Part shown: one piece after another, positions 8,503 through 17,078 of the stretch | Numbering within the stretch: the stretch's first letter is position 1 | How the letters are laid out: each line of letters begins with the position of its first letter | Translations under genes and position numbers: made by a program | Notes under the pieces: model-generated | What the model was told of the DNA's origin: nothing | Seen by the model: the letters and a program-made list of their open reading frames with translations, nothing else | Database searches by the model: none | Origin: an uncultured Methanosarcinales archaeon | GTDB lineage: Archaea > Nanobdellota > Nanobdellia > Woesearchaeales > UBA12501 | Length of the DNA: 34,009 bases | Direction: 5' to 3' | NCBI GenBank assembly: GCA_964397315.1 | Contig: CAYNHV010000015.1 | Coordinates: forward strand, 1 to 34,009

Positions 8503-9894
8503 CTTCTTAACCCTCGGCCCGTTTTTGGTATCCTCAACAGCATAGCCCTTCTCCTTCAGCTCATCCCTTATTGAGTCAGCTTGTTTGAAGTCCTTCTCCT
8601 TCCTGGCATTCTCCCTTTTCTCAGCAAGCTCCTGTATATCCTCCGGAATATCCTCTTTCCCTGTCTCAAGGATTCCAAGAACCTTGTCAATGCTGAGCAT
8701 GAACTCTTTTATGTCAGAGGCATTCTTTTTCCCTACCTCATTGCCAGCCAGGAGCTTGTTAATGTCCTTTACAAACTCAAACACCGCGGCAAGCGCGTCA
8801 GGCATATTAAGGTCATTGTCCATTGCATCCTCAAACTCATTCCTGGCTTTTTCAACAATCTTTTTTGCCTCCTGATTCTCTCTCCCCTCTTTAATCTCAC
8901 TGAGCTTCAGCATGAAGTCATGCAGCCTCTCAATGGAGTTCTGGGCTGCTTTTATGCCCTCTTCAGTGAAGTTGAGCTGTGTCCTGTAATGCGCTGAAAT
9001 GAGGAGGTATCTTATTGCCAGCGGGTTGTGGCCCTTCTCAAGCAGGTCGCGCAGGGTGTAGAAGTTGCCCATGCTCTTGCTCATCTTCCTTCCATTGACA
9101 AGAAGGTGCTCATTGTGCACCCAGTAATTAACAAACCTCTTTCCTGTGTAAGCCTCTGACTGGGCTATCTCATTCTCATGATGAGGGAACACAAGGTCAA
9201 TTCCGCCAGTGTGGATGTCAAACGTGGGCCCTAAATTCTTCATTGACATTGCGCTGCATTCAATATGCCAGCCTGGCCTTCCCTTTCCCAGCTCAGTCTC
9301 CCAGAAAACATCGCCGTCCTCCTTGTCCCATGCTTTCCAGAGCGCAAAGTCATTGGCCTGCTCTTTCTCATACTCGTCCTGCTTCACCCTTGCGCCTGCC
9401 TTGAGCCCTGAAGTGTCTATGCGGGCGAGCCTGCCGTAATCCCTGAACTTCCCCACAGAGAAATATATGCTTCTGTCATCTCCCCTGTACGCGTAGCCCT
9501 TTTCCATCAATGCCTTGACAATCCTCACCATCTCATTTATGGTGGCTGTGGCCTCTGGATAAACATCGGCCTTTCTTATGTTAAGGCTTTCAATGTCCTC
9601 AAAAAAAGCCCTCTTGTATCTCTTTGTGTACTCATCAAGGCTGACTCCCTCCTCCCTGGAGCCTTTTATTGTCTTGTCATCCACGTCAGTGAGATTCATC
9701 ACCTGAGTTACTTTAAATCCCCTGTACTCAAGCCACCTCACCAGTATGTCAGAGCAGATGTAAGCCCTGAAATTGCCTATGTGGGCGTAATCATAAACAG
9801 TGGGGCCGCAGGAGTAGACGCTGGCCATGCCCTTGCTTATGGGCCTGAATGCCTCAGTCTTCCTTGAGAGAGTGTTGTACAATCTTAATGTCAT
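8497..9894 (-). CDS. cysS: Cysteine--tRNA ligase
   Basis: CGPTVYDYAHIGN, DFALWK, GRPGWHIECSAM, GGIDLVFPHHENE, KMSKS; start set at ATG 9894 (TATA about 25 nt upstream). Confidence 0.97.
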   Translation of the reverse strand: MTLRLYNTLSRKTEAFRPISKGMASVYSCGPTVYDYAHIGNFRAYICSDILVRWLEYRGFKVTQVMNLTDVDDKTIKGSREEGVSLDEYTKRYKRAFFEDIESLNIRKADVYPEATATINEMVRIVKALMEKGYAYRGDDRSIYFSVGKFRDYGRLARIDTSGLKAGARVKQDEYEKEQANDFALWKAWDKEDGDVFWETELGKGRPGWHIECSAMSMKNLGPTFDIHTGGIDLVFPHHENEIAQSEAYTGKRFVNYWVHNEHLLVNGRKMSKSMGNFYTLRDLLEKGHNPLAIRYLLISAHYRTQLNFTEEGIKAAQNSIERLHDFMLKLSEIKEGRENQEAKKIVEKARNEFEDAMDNDLNMPDALAAVFEFVKDINKLLAGNEVGKKNASDIKEFMLSIDKVLGILETGKEDIPEDIQELAEKRENARKEKDFKQADSIRDELKEKGYAVEDTKNGPRVKKL

Positions 9895-9938
9895 TATGAG
9901 AGTAGAAAAGAGCATTTATTTTAAATGTTTTTGTGTTA

Positions 9939-12900
9939 TCAAGAGCAAACGAGAACTTTTATTTCTCCTCCGGCATCCGGAACTCTTCTTGATGAAATCT
10001 CACAGCCTTCAGGCACCTCATCATTTTCAATATTAGTTTGTAAATCCCCTGTAATAATGTAGTCCGTCTCTGGATTTATCATGGGAGCAGGCTCTTCTGT
10101 TGTTGCTGGTTCTGGAGCAGGAGTTTCTGCTGGTGCAGAGCCTCCAGAACCGCAGGTATATCCTGAGTTCCATCCGCCGTCACAAAGAATATATGATTCA
10201 CCAGGCTCTTCTGAAAGAACTATATGCTGGTCTCCTGAGTTTAATTCTGAGTTTATCTGATCTTGGTTAACAATCTCTCTGTCAGCGCTACCGCATCCGC
10301 CTATTCCCCACTCATCCTCGCATCTCGTGTAAGTAGTTGCACCCCCATCCCCATTTATTATTACTGAAGATGAATCCTCTGGAATGTTAACCTGGGTCTC
10401 CGGTGATGTAGTTGTTACTCCTCCTCTTCTGGGCAGAGGAGGATTGCTGTCAGAAAACCGCGGGTCAGCTGCTCTCACCTCAGCAGCATCGGGATTTTCA
10501 TTAGCCTCATTCACTGCTGCAGTCACAGGATTAAGAACATACTCCTCAAATGCCCCTAAATCATCTGCCTCTGTGTGGCAGTTTACCTCTGGATTATAGC
10601 ACCTGTTAAGTATTGCAGCACTTGTCTGCCTTCCTATCTGCCCGTCAATCTGTATGCCTGCAGCTTGCTGAAAATCCTCAACAGAATCATACCCCATTTG
10701 GGTTATGAGATTATTGGCATTCTCATTGTCTGTAAGGAGCTCTCCATTGATTGTTCCAGGCCTAACCCTGTTAGGGTCTGTTCCTGAGATTGCATCAATC
10801 CTCTCATCAGGATGCGCCATGTCTTCTGCAGCAGCCTGGTCTTTTCTTTCTTCTGGAATCTCGCCTGTAGTTTCAGTTGTCTCTGCTGGGCCTTCCTCCT
10901 CTGCTTCTGGCTTAAATCCTTCCCCTCCATAATCCATAATCTCTGCCTGCTGCACAACATCAAAGAAGTCCTCTCCATCCTTGGTCTGCAGGTCTGCAAT
11001 CTCCTCATTCCCAAGCCCCGCATCATCAAGAACCTGAAGCACTTCGTCCTCTGTGTTGTCATTCAGGGAGTTCCTGAAGAACCCTCTTGGAGTGAGCAAA
11101 GTCCTTTCAGTGACCTCTCCTGTGTCAGGGTCAATCTCAACCTCAGTGAGTACCTGGTTCCGGCCGTTTGAGTATAATTCCTCACCTGAAGCGCCGTCAA
11201 GGCTTGTTGTCCTGAGTATGAAAGGCCCATCCATATCCTCTGTCCTTGGGTAATCTATGTCAACCTCTTCCCCTCTCGTGCCTCTTACAGTGGCTCCCAG
11301 GTTAACGCCATTGAGCTCCATCTCAGCCACAGGCTCTCCTGGCTGGGCAGGTATGTTGTCCCACAGCCCCACATTCACCTCTGATGACTCCTCGCCGGGA
11401 GTTCCGACAAGAGTCATGGAAGATGATGCCATCCCACCCCCTGTGACAAGATTTACCCTGTCACTGCCTGTTGTTATCTCAATATCATCATTAACCACAT
11501 TATATCCTGTTACAGCGTTAGGAGCCTCTTGCCCTTCTGAAGCGGTTATCATGACAAGGTTTGCAGGCTGCTCTCCCTCTCCATACTCAACATTCCCGTG
11601 CTCTTCTACAAGCTCATCATGCGTTCCCTCATACTCCCCGCCTATAAGCACGTTTGTATTGCCTCCGCCTGAATTCCTTGCTCCTGCAAGAGGGTTGTTG
11701 CCTGCGTCAAAAAAAGCCAGCTCTGTTTCCTGACCATAAATTTGAGCATTAGCATTTGTTTCAGAGCCTTCAAATGTGAATGCTCCGTTTTCTCCTGCGC
11801 CTATCTGAAGAACACCCCCCTCAAGGTTCATGCCTCCCATCTGAGACGAGTCACCATTATTGTATATGCAGCTGCCCATGCATTGAGGCACATCCACATT
11901 TGATGTTCCCTGCATGCTGTCAACATGGCCTCCTCCTTGGATGGTTAATTCTGCATCAGCTCCTCTGGCCTCTCCTTCAGGCAACCCACCTTCATAATAT
12001 GAGGCTGAGAAAGAATCTGCAGCGCTTACATCACTAAAACCCGTATCCTGGTTATAGCTTATCTCTGTTGAGGGGCCGGAGTTGACAGTATAAACCCCCT
12101 CTTGACCTGCAAACTGGAGATTGTTATAGTCTCCCTCAAGATTTCCATGCATCCCTGTTATCTGGCCTTGCTCGTTGAAAGAAACTGATTTAACACCATC
12201 ACCTCCCATAGTGACCTCCTGCCCGCTTGCTGAAACTACTGTGAGGTCAGGCATGCTGGATTGTGCAGAGCATCCTGCTTCCTCGCACATAAAGTCACCA
12301 TCCTCATTTGTGGTCCCGCTGCCTGAGAACGTGACTAGATTATTTTGTTCATCCCTTATATCTATGCGGTCTGCATTTTTAAAGTGAATGACTCCATTCT
12401 GGTCTATGGTCATGCTCCCCCTACCTTGACCTCCGTAATTTACGCTAACCATGTTTCCATTAGCGTCAACAATGTAAACCATCCCATTTTCATCCTTTAT
12501 GTTTATATTACTAAGCGCCCCTTCTTCTATATGGCTGACTTCCACCCCTTCCACGCTTAACTCATTCAACCCTTCCCTAAAAGCATTGGTGTCCAGATTT
12601 CTCAAACCATCTGCATTGTTGATATTCACCAGCACTTGCGGATTGCTGAGCTGCTCTGCTGTCAGGCTTCCCAGCTGCTTTTCGTTCATACCTTCTATTA
12701 CACCTTCATGTGTCAGCTGATCCTGGCTTAACTCGTTAATCCTGTTATATGGAACCTGCTGAATGTTTTCTTGTGTGAAAGCTTCCGGAGGCACATTTTC
12801 AATCTCAATGTTTTCGCTGCATTGGGTGTTTTCAAGGCAGCTGCTCAATCCTTCACTGTCAAGATTCTGCCAATCATCAAAATTCTCCCAGTCCTCTTCT

Positions 12901-13019
12901 GCAGCATCCTCTTCACCTTCATTAATCTGTTGGCTTTGTGTTTCCTCCTGTGCATAAGCAAGGCTAAGCAGGATTATCATCACCACAGCAAGCAACGCTG
13001 TCCATGCTGTCCTTCTCAT
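9939..13019 (-). CDS. Large acidic secreted/surface protein with partial peptidoglycan-binding-like motif
   Basis: Sec signal peptide (MRRTAW...AYA), E/D/G/N-rich beta-strand-like body, FQQAAGIQIDGQIGRQTSAAI motif, Cys-containing C-terminal repeats, Pro/Thr/Glu linker. Confidence 0.8.
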   Translation of the reverse strand: MRRTAWTALLAVVMIILLSLAYAQEETQSQQINEGEEDAAEEDWENFDDWQNLDSEGLSSCLENTQCSENIEIENVPPEAFTQENIQQVPYNRINELSQDQLTHEGVIEGMNEKQLGSLTAEQLSNPQVLVNINNADGLRNLDTNAFREGLNELSVEGVEVSHIEEGALSNINIKDENGMVYIVDANGNMVSVNYGGQGRGSMTIDQNGVIHFKNADRIDIRDEQNNLVTFSGSGTTNEDGDFMCEEAGCSAQSSMPDLTVVSASGQEVTMGGDGVKSVSFNEQGQITGMHGNLEGDYNNLQFAGQEGVYTVNSGPSTEISYNQDTGFSDVSAADSFSASYYEGGLPEGEARGADAELTIQGGGHVDSMQGTSNVDVPQCMGSCIYNNGDSSQMGGMNLEGGVLQIGAGENGAFTFEGSETNANAQIYGQETELAFFDAGNNPLAGARNSGGGNTNVLIGGEYEGTHDELVEEHGNVEYGEGEQPANLVMITASEGQEAPNAVTGYNVVNDDIEITTGSDRVNLVTGGGMASSSMTLVGTPGEESSEVNVGLWDNIPAQPGEPVAEMELNGVNLGATVRGTRGEEVDIDYPRTEDMDGPFILRTTSLDGASGEELYSNGRNQVLTEVEIDPDTGEVTERTLLTPRGFFRNSLNDNTEDEVLQVLDDAGLGNEEIADLQTKDGEDFFDVVQQAEIMDYGGEGFKPEAEEEGPAETTETTGEIPEERKDQAAAEDMAHPDERIDAISGTDPNRVRPGTINGELLTDNENANNLITQMGYDSVEDFQQAAGIQIDGQIGRQTSAAILNRCYNPEVNCHTEADDLGAFEEYVLNPVTAAVNEANENPDAAEVRAADPRFSDSNPPLPRRGGVTTTSPETQVNIPEDSSSVIINGDGGATTYTRCEDEWGIGGCGSADREIVNQDQINSELNSGDQHIVLSEEPGESYILCDGGWNSGYTCGSGGSAPAETPAPEPATTEEPAPMINPETDYIITGDLQTNIENDEVPEGCEISSRRVPDAGGEIKVLVCS

Positions 13020-14026
13020 GCTCCCATCACCTTCACCTTTACTGTCTCAGCATCCCTTCCTCCTTTTCCGTCCCTGACTATGATTGTCAGTGAGTGGTCT
13101 CCCACATCCTCTTCTGAGGGGGTTATTCTCAGCACACCATCCTCTGACACGCTGAACCTGCCTATTGAGCTGAACTCCAGCTGATCATCATCCATGTCGC
13201 TTGCTGCAAACGTGTATTCTGCCTCAGCGCCCTCAACCATCAGCAGGTTGTTTGCGTTTATTATCTCAGGGGCGCGGTTGCCTGAGCTCTCATTGCCGAA
13301 CCTGCTGGAGAATATGAGCTTGAAGTCAAGACCGTTAACCTCATTTCTGCTGTCAATTATGGAGTAGATCATCACATCATCTGAGCGCTTGTAAGGCACA
13401 ACCTTAAGTTCCATCCTGCCAGTTTCTGATAGCCTTACCCTGTCCGGATTCTCAATCTCCATGCTGACAATCTCGTTGGCGGTATTTATAGCCCTGCCGT
13501 ACCTTACAGGAATCTCTGCAGAGAAAGCGCTTATTGTGCTTCTCATGTCGCCCCTCACAAGAGTCACCGGATAATCCATGGTGACTTCCACACTTTCATC
13601 TTTAATCTCTGTCTCTGCTGACAGCTCGCTGGTTATTATTCTCTCCTTGAACTGCCTGTAATCCTTGATGCACCTTCCTACCTCATCCTCAATATAGGCA
13701 TTGATTTCCCTCTCTATAAATTCCTTTGAGATGGACTTGTTATCTCCCATATCATACCAGTATGTTGAGTATGAGTAGAATGTAGGCTGGTTAGGCACTA
13801 CATCCCCAAAATATATCATTCCTCCCTGGACTCCTGAGAGGAATATTGCCCTCTCTGCTGTCTGCCTTAGGCACTGGTCTGTGAAGTCCTTTATATTCCT
13901 CATTGAGGGAGGAATCATCTCGCCATCATCATGGGCATAATGGAATATGTAGAATACAGTGCCTGTTATGGCAAGTACAATAATCCCTATTATTATAAAA
14001 GAGGTTACCTGTCCTTTTCTTAGCAT
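13016..14026 (-). CDS. Class III (pilin-type) signal peptide protein with C-terminal Ig/cadherin-like domain
   Basis: RKGQ-VTSFIIIGIIVL N-terminus; C-terminal NRAP...ASDMDDDQLEFS...DVGDHSLTIIVRDGKGG; stop overlaps next ATG (ATGA); start may be 14035, but TATA spacing favours 14026. Confidence 0.8.
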   Translation of the reverse strand: MLRKGQVTSFIIIGIIVLAITGTVFYIFHYAHDDGEMIPPSMRNIKDFTDQCLRQTAERAIFLSGVQGGMIYFGDVVPNQPTFYSYSTYWYDMGDNKSISKEFIEREINAYIEDEVGRCIKDYRQFKERIITSELSAETEIKDESVEVTMDYPVTLVRGDMRSTISAFSAEIPVRYGRAINTANEIVSMEIENPDRVRLSETGRMELKVVPYKRSDDVMIYSIIDSRNEVNGLDFKLIFSSRFGNESSGNRAPEIINANNLLMVEGAEAEYTFAASDMDDDQLEFSSIGRFSVSEDGVLRITPSEEDVGDHSLTIIVRDGKGGRDAETVKVKVMGA

Positions 14027-14081
14027 TCTGGGCATTAACTATCCTATAATCATATATAAATATTTCCTAAAAAAAATCAGC

Positions 14082-14702
14082 TCAAACCCTCTCTAAGGAT
14101 ATCCCATCTGAAACATCCTGCATACCCGCTCTTCTTTCCTCATCCTCAACCTTCTTAAGGGCTGATCTTGTTGAGGGGTGTCTCGGCACCAGCCTGCAGC
14201 AACCCGGCGGCTCTGTTGATATGTCATAAGTACCTATGCTCTTTGCCTTGTCAACTATGTCCTGCTTGTCATAACACAGCAGAGGCCTCAGGATCATCTT
14301 CTCTTTCACAGCAGCTGAGCTTACAGCCAGATTGTCCAGTGTCTGCGAGGCAACCTGGCCCAGGTTCTCACCTGTTATGATGAAATCAGCGCCCTCCTTT
14401 TCCGCGAGCCTCTCCGCTGTCCTGAGCATGAGGCGCCGACATATGACGCAAGTGTACCTCCTGTTTATCTTTCCCACAACTCCTGACATTGCAAGGCCGT
14501 GCTTTGCCAGGTAGAGTTTTCTTATCCCAATCTTTTTGCATATCCTCTTTGTCTTTGATATCTGCCTTGAGTCTGTGAACGGCCTGTTGTCAGAGTGAAG
14601 CCCCACTATTTCAATTCCTTTCTCTTTTATGAGCCACGCTGCCACAGGGCTGTCTATGCCAGAGCTTATAAGGGCTATTGCCTTTTTTCCTGCTGCTCCC
14701 AT
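14082..14702 (-). CDS. thiI: ThiI-family PP-loop sulfurtransferase (tRNA 4-thiouridine synthase catalytic domain only)
   Basis: LISSGIDSPVA, CVICRRLM, ITGENLGQVASQTLDNL, RPLL..DKQDI..A..IGTY; start at ATG 14702 (TATA at 14725-14730). Confidence 0.8.
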   Translation of the reverse strand: MGAAGKKAIALISSGIDSPVAAWLIKEKGIEIVGLHSDNRPFTDSRQISKTKRICKKIGIRKLYLAKHGLAMSGVVGKINRRYTCVICRRLMLRTAERLAEKEGADFIITGENLGQVASQTLDNLAVSSAAVKEKMILRPLLCYDKQDIVDKAKSIGTYDISTEPPGCCRLVPRHPSTRSALKKVEDEERRAGMQDVSDGISLERV

Positions 14703-14898
14703 GACGCAGAGAAACAGGGGCATGTTTAAATAAGTTTTGTGCATCCCAGGACCTTGTAAGCGCATTTTTCTGCTGCTTTTCCACATGCATTACTGATTGC
14801 ATACTGGTTGTATGATCTCAAGATTAATCATAAAATATATAAATAAAGGCCTTATCAGGCAGTTCAGCAGGCCTAGAAGAGGTTGGAGGGGTGTAATA

Positions 14899-15903
14899 AT
14901 GGCTAAAAAGCATGCTCATAAGGGCAAGAGCTCTCACAAGGACAAGTCTTTAGGAAAATACAACAACTGGAAGATTGCCACAGCAGTGCTGGCATTGCTT
15001 CTTCTGCTCTCTGTTTTCACAAACGGATTCTCCTTCCAGAATGCATTATCAGAAGAGGATGCCAAAAACCTTACAGAAGCCTACCTTAACAAGAGGATGG
15101 GGGGAGTGGCTGCAGTCGCAGTAAATGAGATAACAGAGGAGAACGGGCTTTACAGGCTTCAGCTTGATGTGGGCGGAAAAATATATGATTCTTACCTCAC
15201 AAAGAACGGCAGGCTTCTTTTTCCTCAGGCAATAAACATGACGCAGAACATCACAAGCCCTGCAGAAGAGCAGACTCAGGAGGCTGAGCAGACGCAGTAT
15301 CCCAAATCAGAAAGCCCTGAGGTAAAGCTTTATACAATGTCATACTGCCCTTACGGCAACCAGGCAGAGGAAGGGATTGCACCAGTGGCAGAGCTTCTTG
15401 AAAGTGATGTTGAAGTGGAGCCCCACTACGTGATATACTCAGACTACAGGGGTGGAGGCCCTGAGTACTGCCTTGATGACGAGAGCAGGTACTGCTCAAT
15501 GCACGGCATCCAGGAGCTTAACCAGAATGTGAGGGAGATGTGCATATACAAGTATGATAAAGGCAATTACTGGGATTATGTGCTTGATGTGAATGATAAG
15601 TGCAATTACCAGAACGTTGATGAGTGCTGGGAGGGTGTTGCAGAAGAGCACAGCATAGACACTGAAAAGATAAAAGATTGCGAGGAGAATGAGGCTCTTG
15701 ATCTGCTTTCTAGGGAAGCAGAGCTGAACAAGGAGCATGGGGTGAGCGGCTCCCCGACTCTTGTCATAAATGACAGGAAGTACAGCGGAGCAAGAACTCC
15801 AGAAGCTTACAAGGATGCGATATGCTCCTCATTTACTTCCGCGCCTGAGTCCTGCGCAGAAGAGCTTTCCTCAAGCGGGCAGGCAGCTCAGGGAAGCTGC
15901 TGA
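14899..15903 (+). CDS. Membrane-anchored thioredoxin-fold / GILT-like protein
   Basis: N-terminal TM, DsbC-N-like SYLTKNGRLLFP, MSYCPYG, CSMHG..E...N...C, GVSGSPTLVIN; GGAGG upstream of ATG 14899. Confidence 0.75.
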   Translation: MAKKHAHKGKSSHKDKSLGKYNNWKIATAVLALLLLLSVFTNGFSFQNALSEEDAKNLTEAYLNKRMGGVAAVAVNEITEENGLYRLQLDVGGKIYDSYLTKNGRLLFPQAINMTQNITSPAEEQTQEAEQTQYPKSESPEVKLYTMSYCPYGNQAEEGIAPVAELLESDVEVEPHYVIYSDYRGGGPEYCLDDESRYCSMHGIQELNQNVREMCIYKYDKGNYWDYVLDVNDKCNYQNVDECWEGVAEEHSIDTEKIKDCEENEALDLLSREAELNKEHGVSGSPTLVINDRKYSGARTPEAYKDAICSSFTSAPESCAEELSSSGQAAQGSC

Positions 15904-15925
15904 TCTTTTGTTTTGCCATTCTTTG

Positions 15926-16687
15926 ATGAAAATGGAGGGAATAAAAAAGAGCAGGCTGGCAGGTGAGCTGAGAGACTCGGCGCGCCTTATGAGAGAAGGC
16001 AGTTACGAGATTGTGTTCCCTGTTCTTTTTGACCTGCTTTTCCTTCTGGCATACGGCGCGATAACAGGCTATTTCGCCGGCAGAGTGGTCATCAACCTTT
16101 ACGGGCTTGGAGCGTCGCTTCTTGAGGCTGAAGGCTCAGCCCCTCCTGACGGCTTTGTGTGGGGAATAATGACCTCGCTGCTCTGCATGGCAGCGGCAGT
16201 ATACATCTCTTATGTCCTGCTCCAGGGGCTGAGCTGGAGGTTCAGCAGGGCCATATCAGGCAGCAGGAAACCAGCCCTCTCCTACATAAAGAAGTTCTCT
16301 GCAGCCACTCTTCCATGGTTCTTTCTGTTTATCATTTATTCTGCTGTCATGTTCGCACTCAGATTTTACGACAAGGAGAGCATCACCTCAGCGCTTTTGT
16401 CTTACACCTTCCTCATACTGCTTGCATACTTTGCTTTTCTCTCTTATGCCCTGCTCTACTCCAAAAGGGGAAAGCCTGTAAGAGAGGCAGTCTCTCTGGG
16501 ATGCAGGAGATTCACATATCTCTTTCCAAGATTTATCCTGGCGCTGGCAGTGCTCTACATAATCGCCTGGGCAGTCTCATACTCAAGCCTGGCAGGCAGG
16601 GGCCTCATGCTTGCACTTGGAGTTCTGATACTCCTGCCATTGGCAGCATGGGCAAGGGTTTACATGCATGTGATTGTAAAAGCCTGA
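15926..16687 (+). CDS. Hypothetical polytopic membrane protein
   Basis: About six hydrophobic segments; start at ATG 15926 or 15932 after the upstream stop at 15903. Confidence 0.7.
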   Translation: MKMEGIKKSRLAGELRDSARLMREGSYEIVFPVLFDLLFLLAYGAITGYFAGRVVINLYGLGASLLEAEGSAPPDGFVWGIMTSLLCMAAAVYISYVLLQGLSWRFSRAISGSRKPALSYIKKFSAATLPWFFLFIIYSAVMFALRFYDKESITSALLSYTFLILLAYFAFLSYALLYSKRGKPVREAVSLGCRRFTYLFPRFILALAVLYIIAWAVSYSSLAGRGLMLALGVLILLPLAAWARVYMHVIVKA

Positions 16688-16787
16688 TGAATAGACTATT
16701 TCCTATTAGTATACATTTCAGCATCTGATTTTCTTTCTGAAGAGACTTATTCTTGATATGTCCTTTCAGGATAAAGGATTTATGTTA

Positions 16788-16897
16788 ATAACTCCTGGTG
16801 CTTCCAGGGGATAATAGGTTTGTGCTTATAATTCCTGGTACTTCCCTCCCTTGCGAGGCTGGGTTAATGCTGATAGCTCATGGTACTTCCCGCCCTT
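16788..16897. repeat. Three imperfect 18-bp direct repeats
   Basis: ATAACTCCTGGTGCTTCC (16788), ATAATTCCTGGTACTTCC (16828), ATAGCTCATGGTACTTCC (16873); spacing 40 and 45 bp. Confidence 0.7.
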
Positions 16898-17078
16898 ACT
16901 GCACAACTGCTTAGCAGGTTCACACCTTCTGGAACAGCACAACTCTCTGCTTCTGCCTCTAATAAGCCCACCCAATCATATGCTTAAAGCGCTCTGTGGA
17001 GTTGGTGCGATTAGCATGTGTGAGGGGGAGGTGGGTGGGATTTGTCCATCTGTAACTTTGATGAGGGCGGTGGAGAAC

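Noticed and set aside
14703..14898. Upstream extensions of the thiI and GILT-like ORFs
   Set aside because: The extensions run through the divergent promoter region; internal ATGs fit TATA/SD spacing
16684..16740. Possible C/D box sRNA (TGATGA overlapping a stop codon, CTGA at 16725 and 16737), attractive because nop5/fibrillarin are nearby
   Set aside because: No convincing internal C'/D' boxes and no rRNA/tRNA target could be verified; such short motifs occur by chance
16788..16897. CRISPR array interpretation of the three direct repeats
   Set aside because: Repeats are short and degenerate, spacers are 22 and 27 bp, and there are no cas genes in the window
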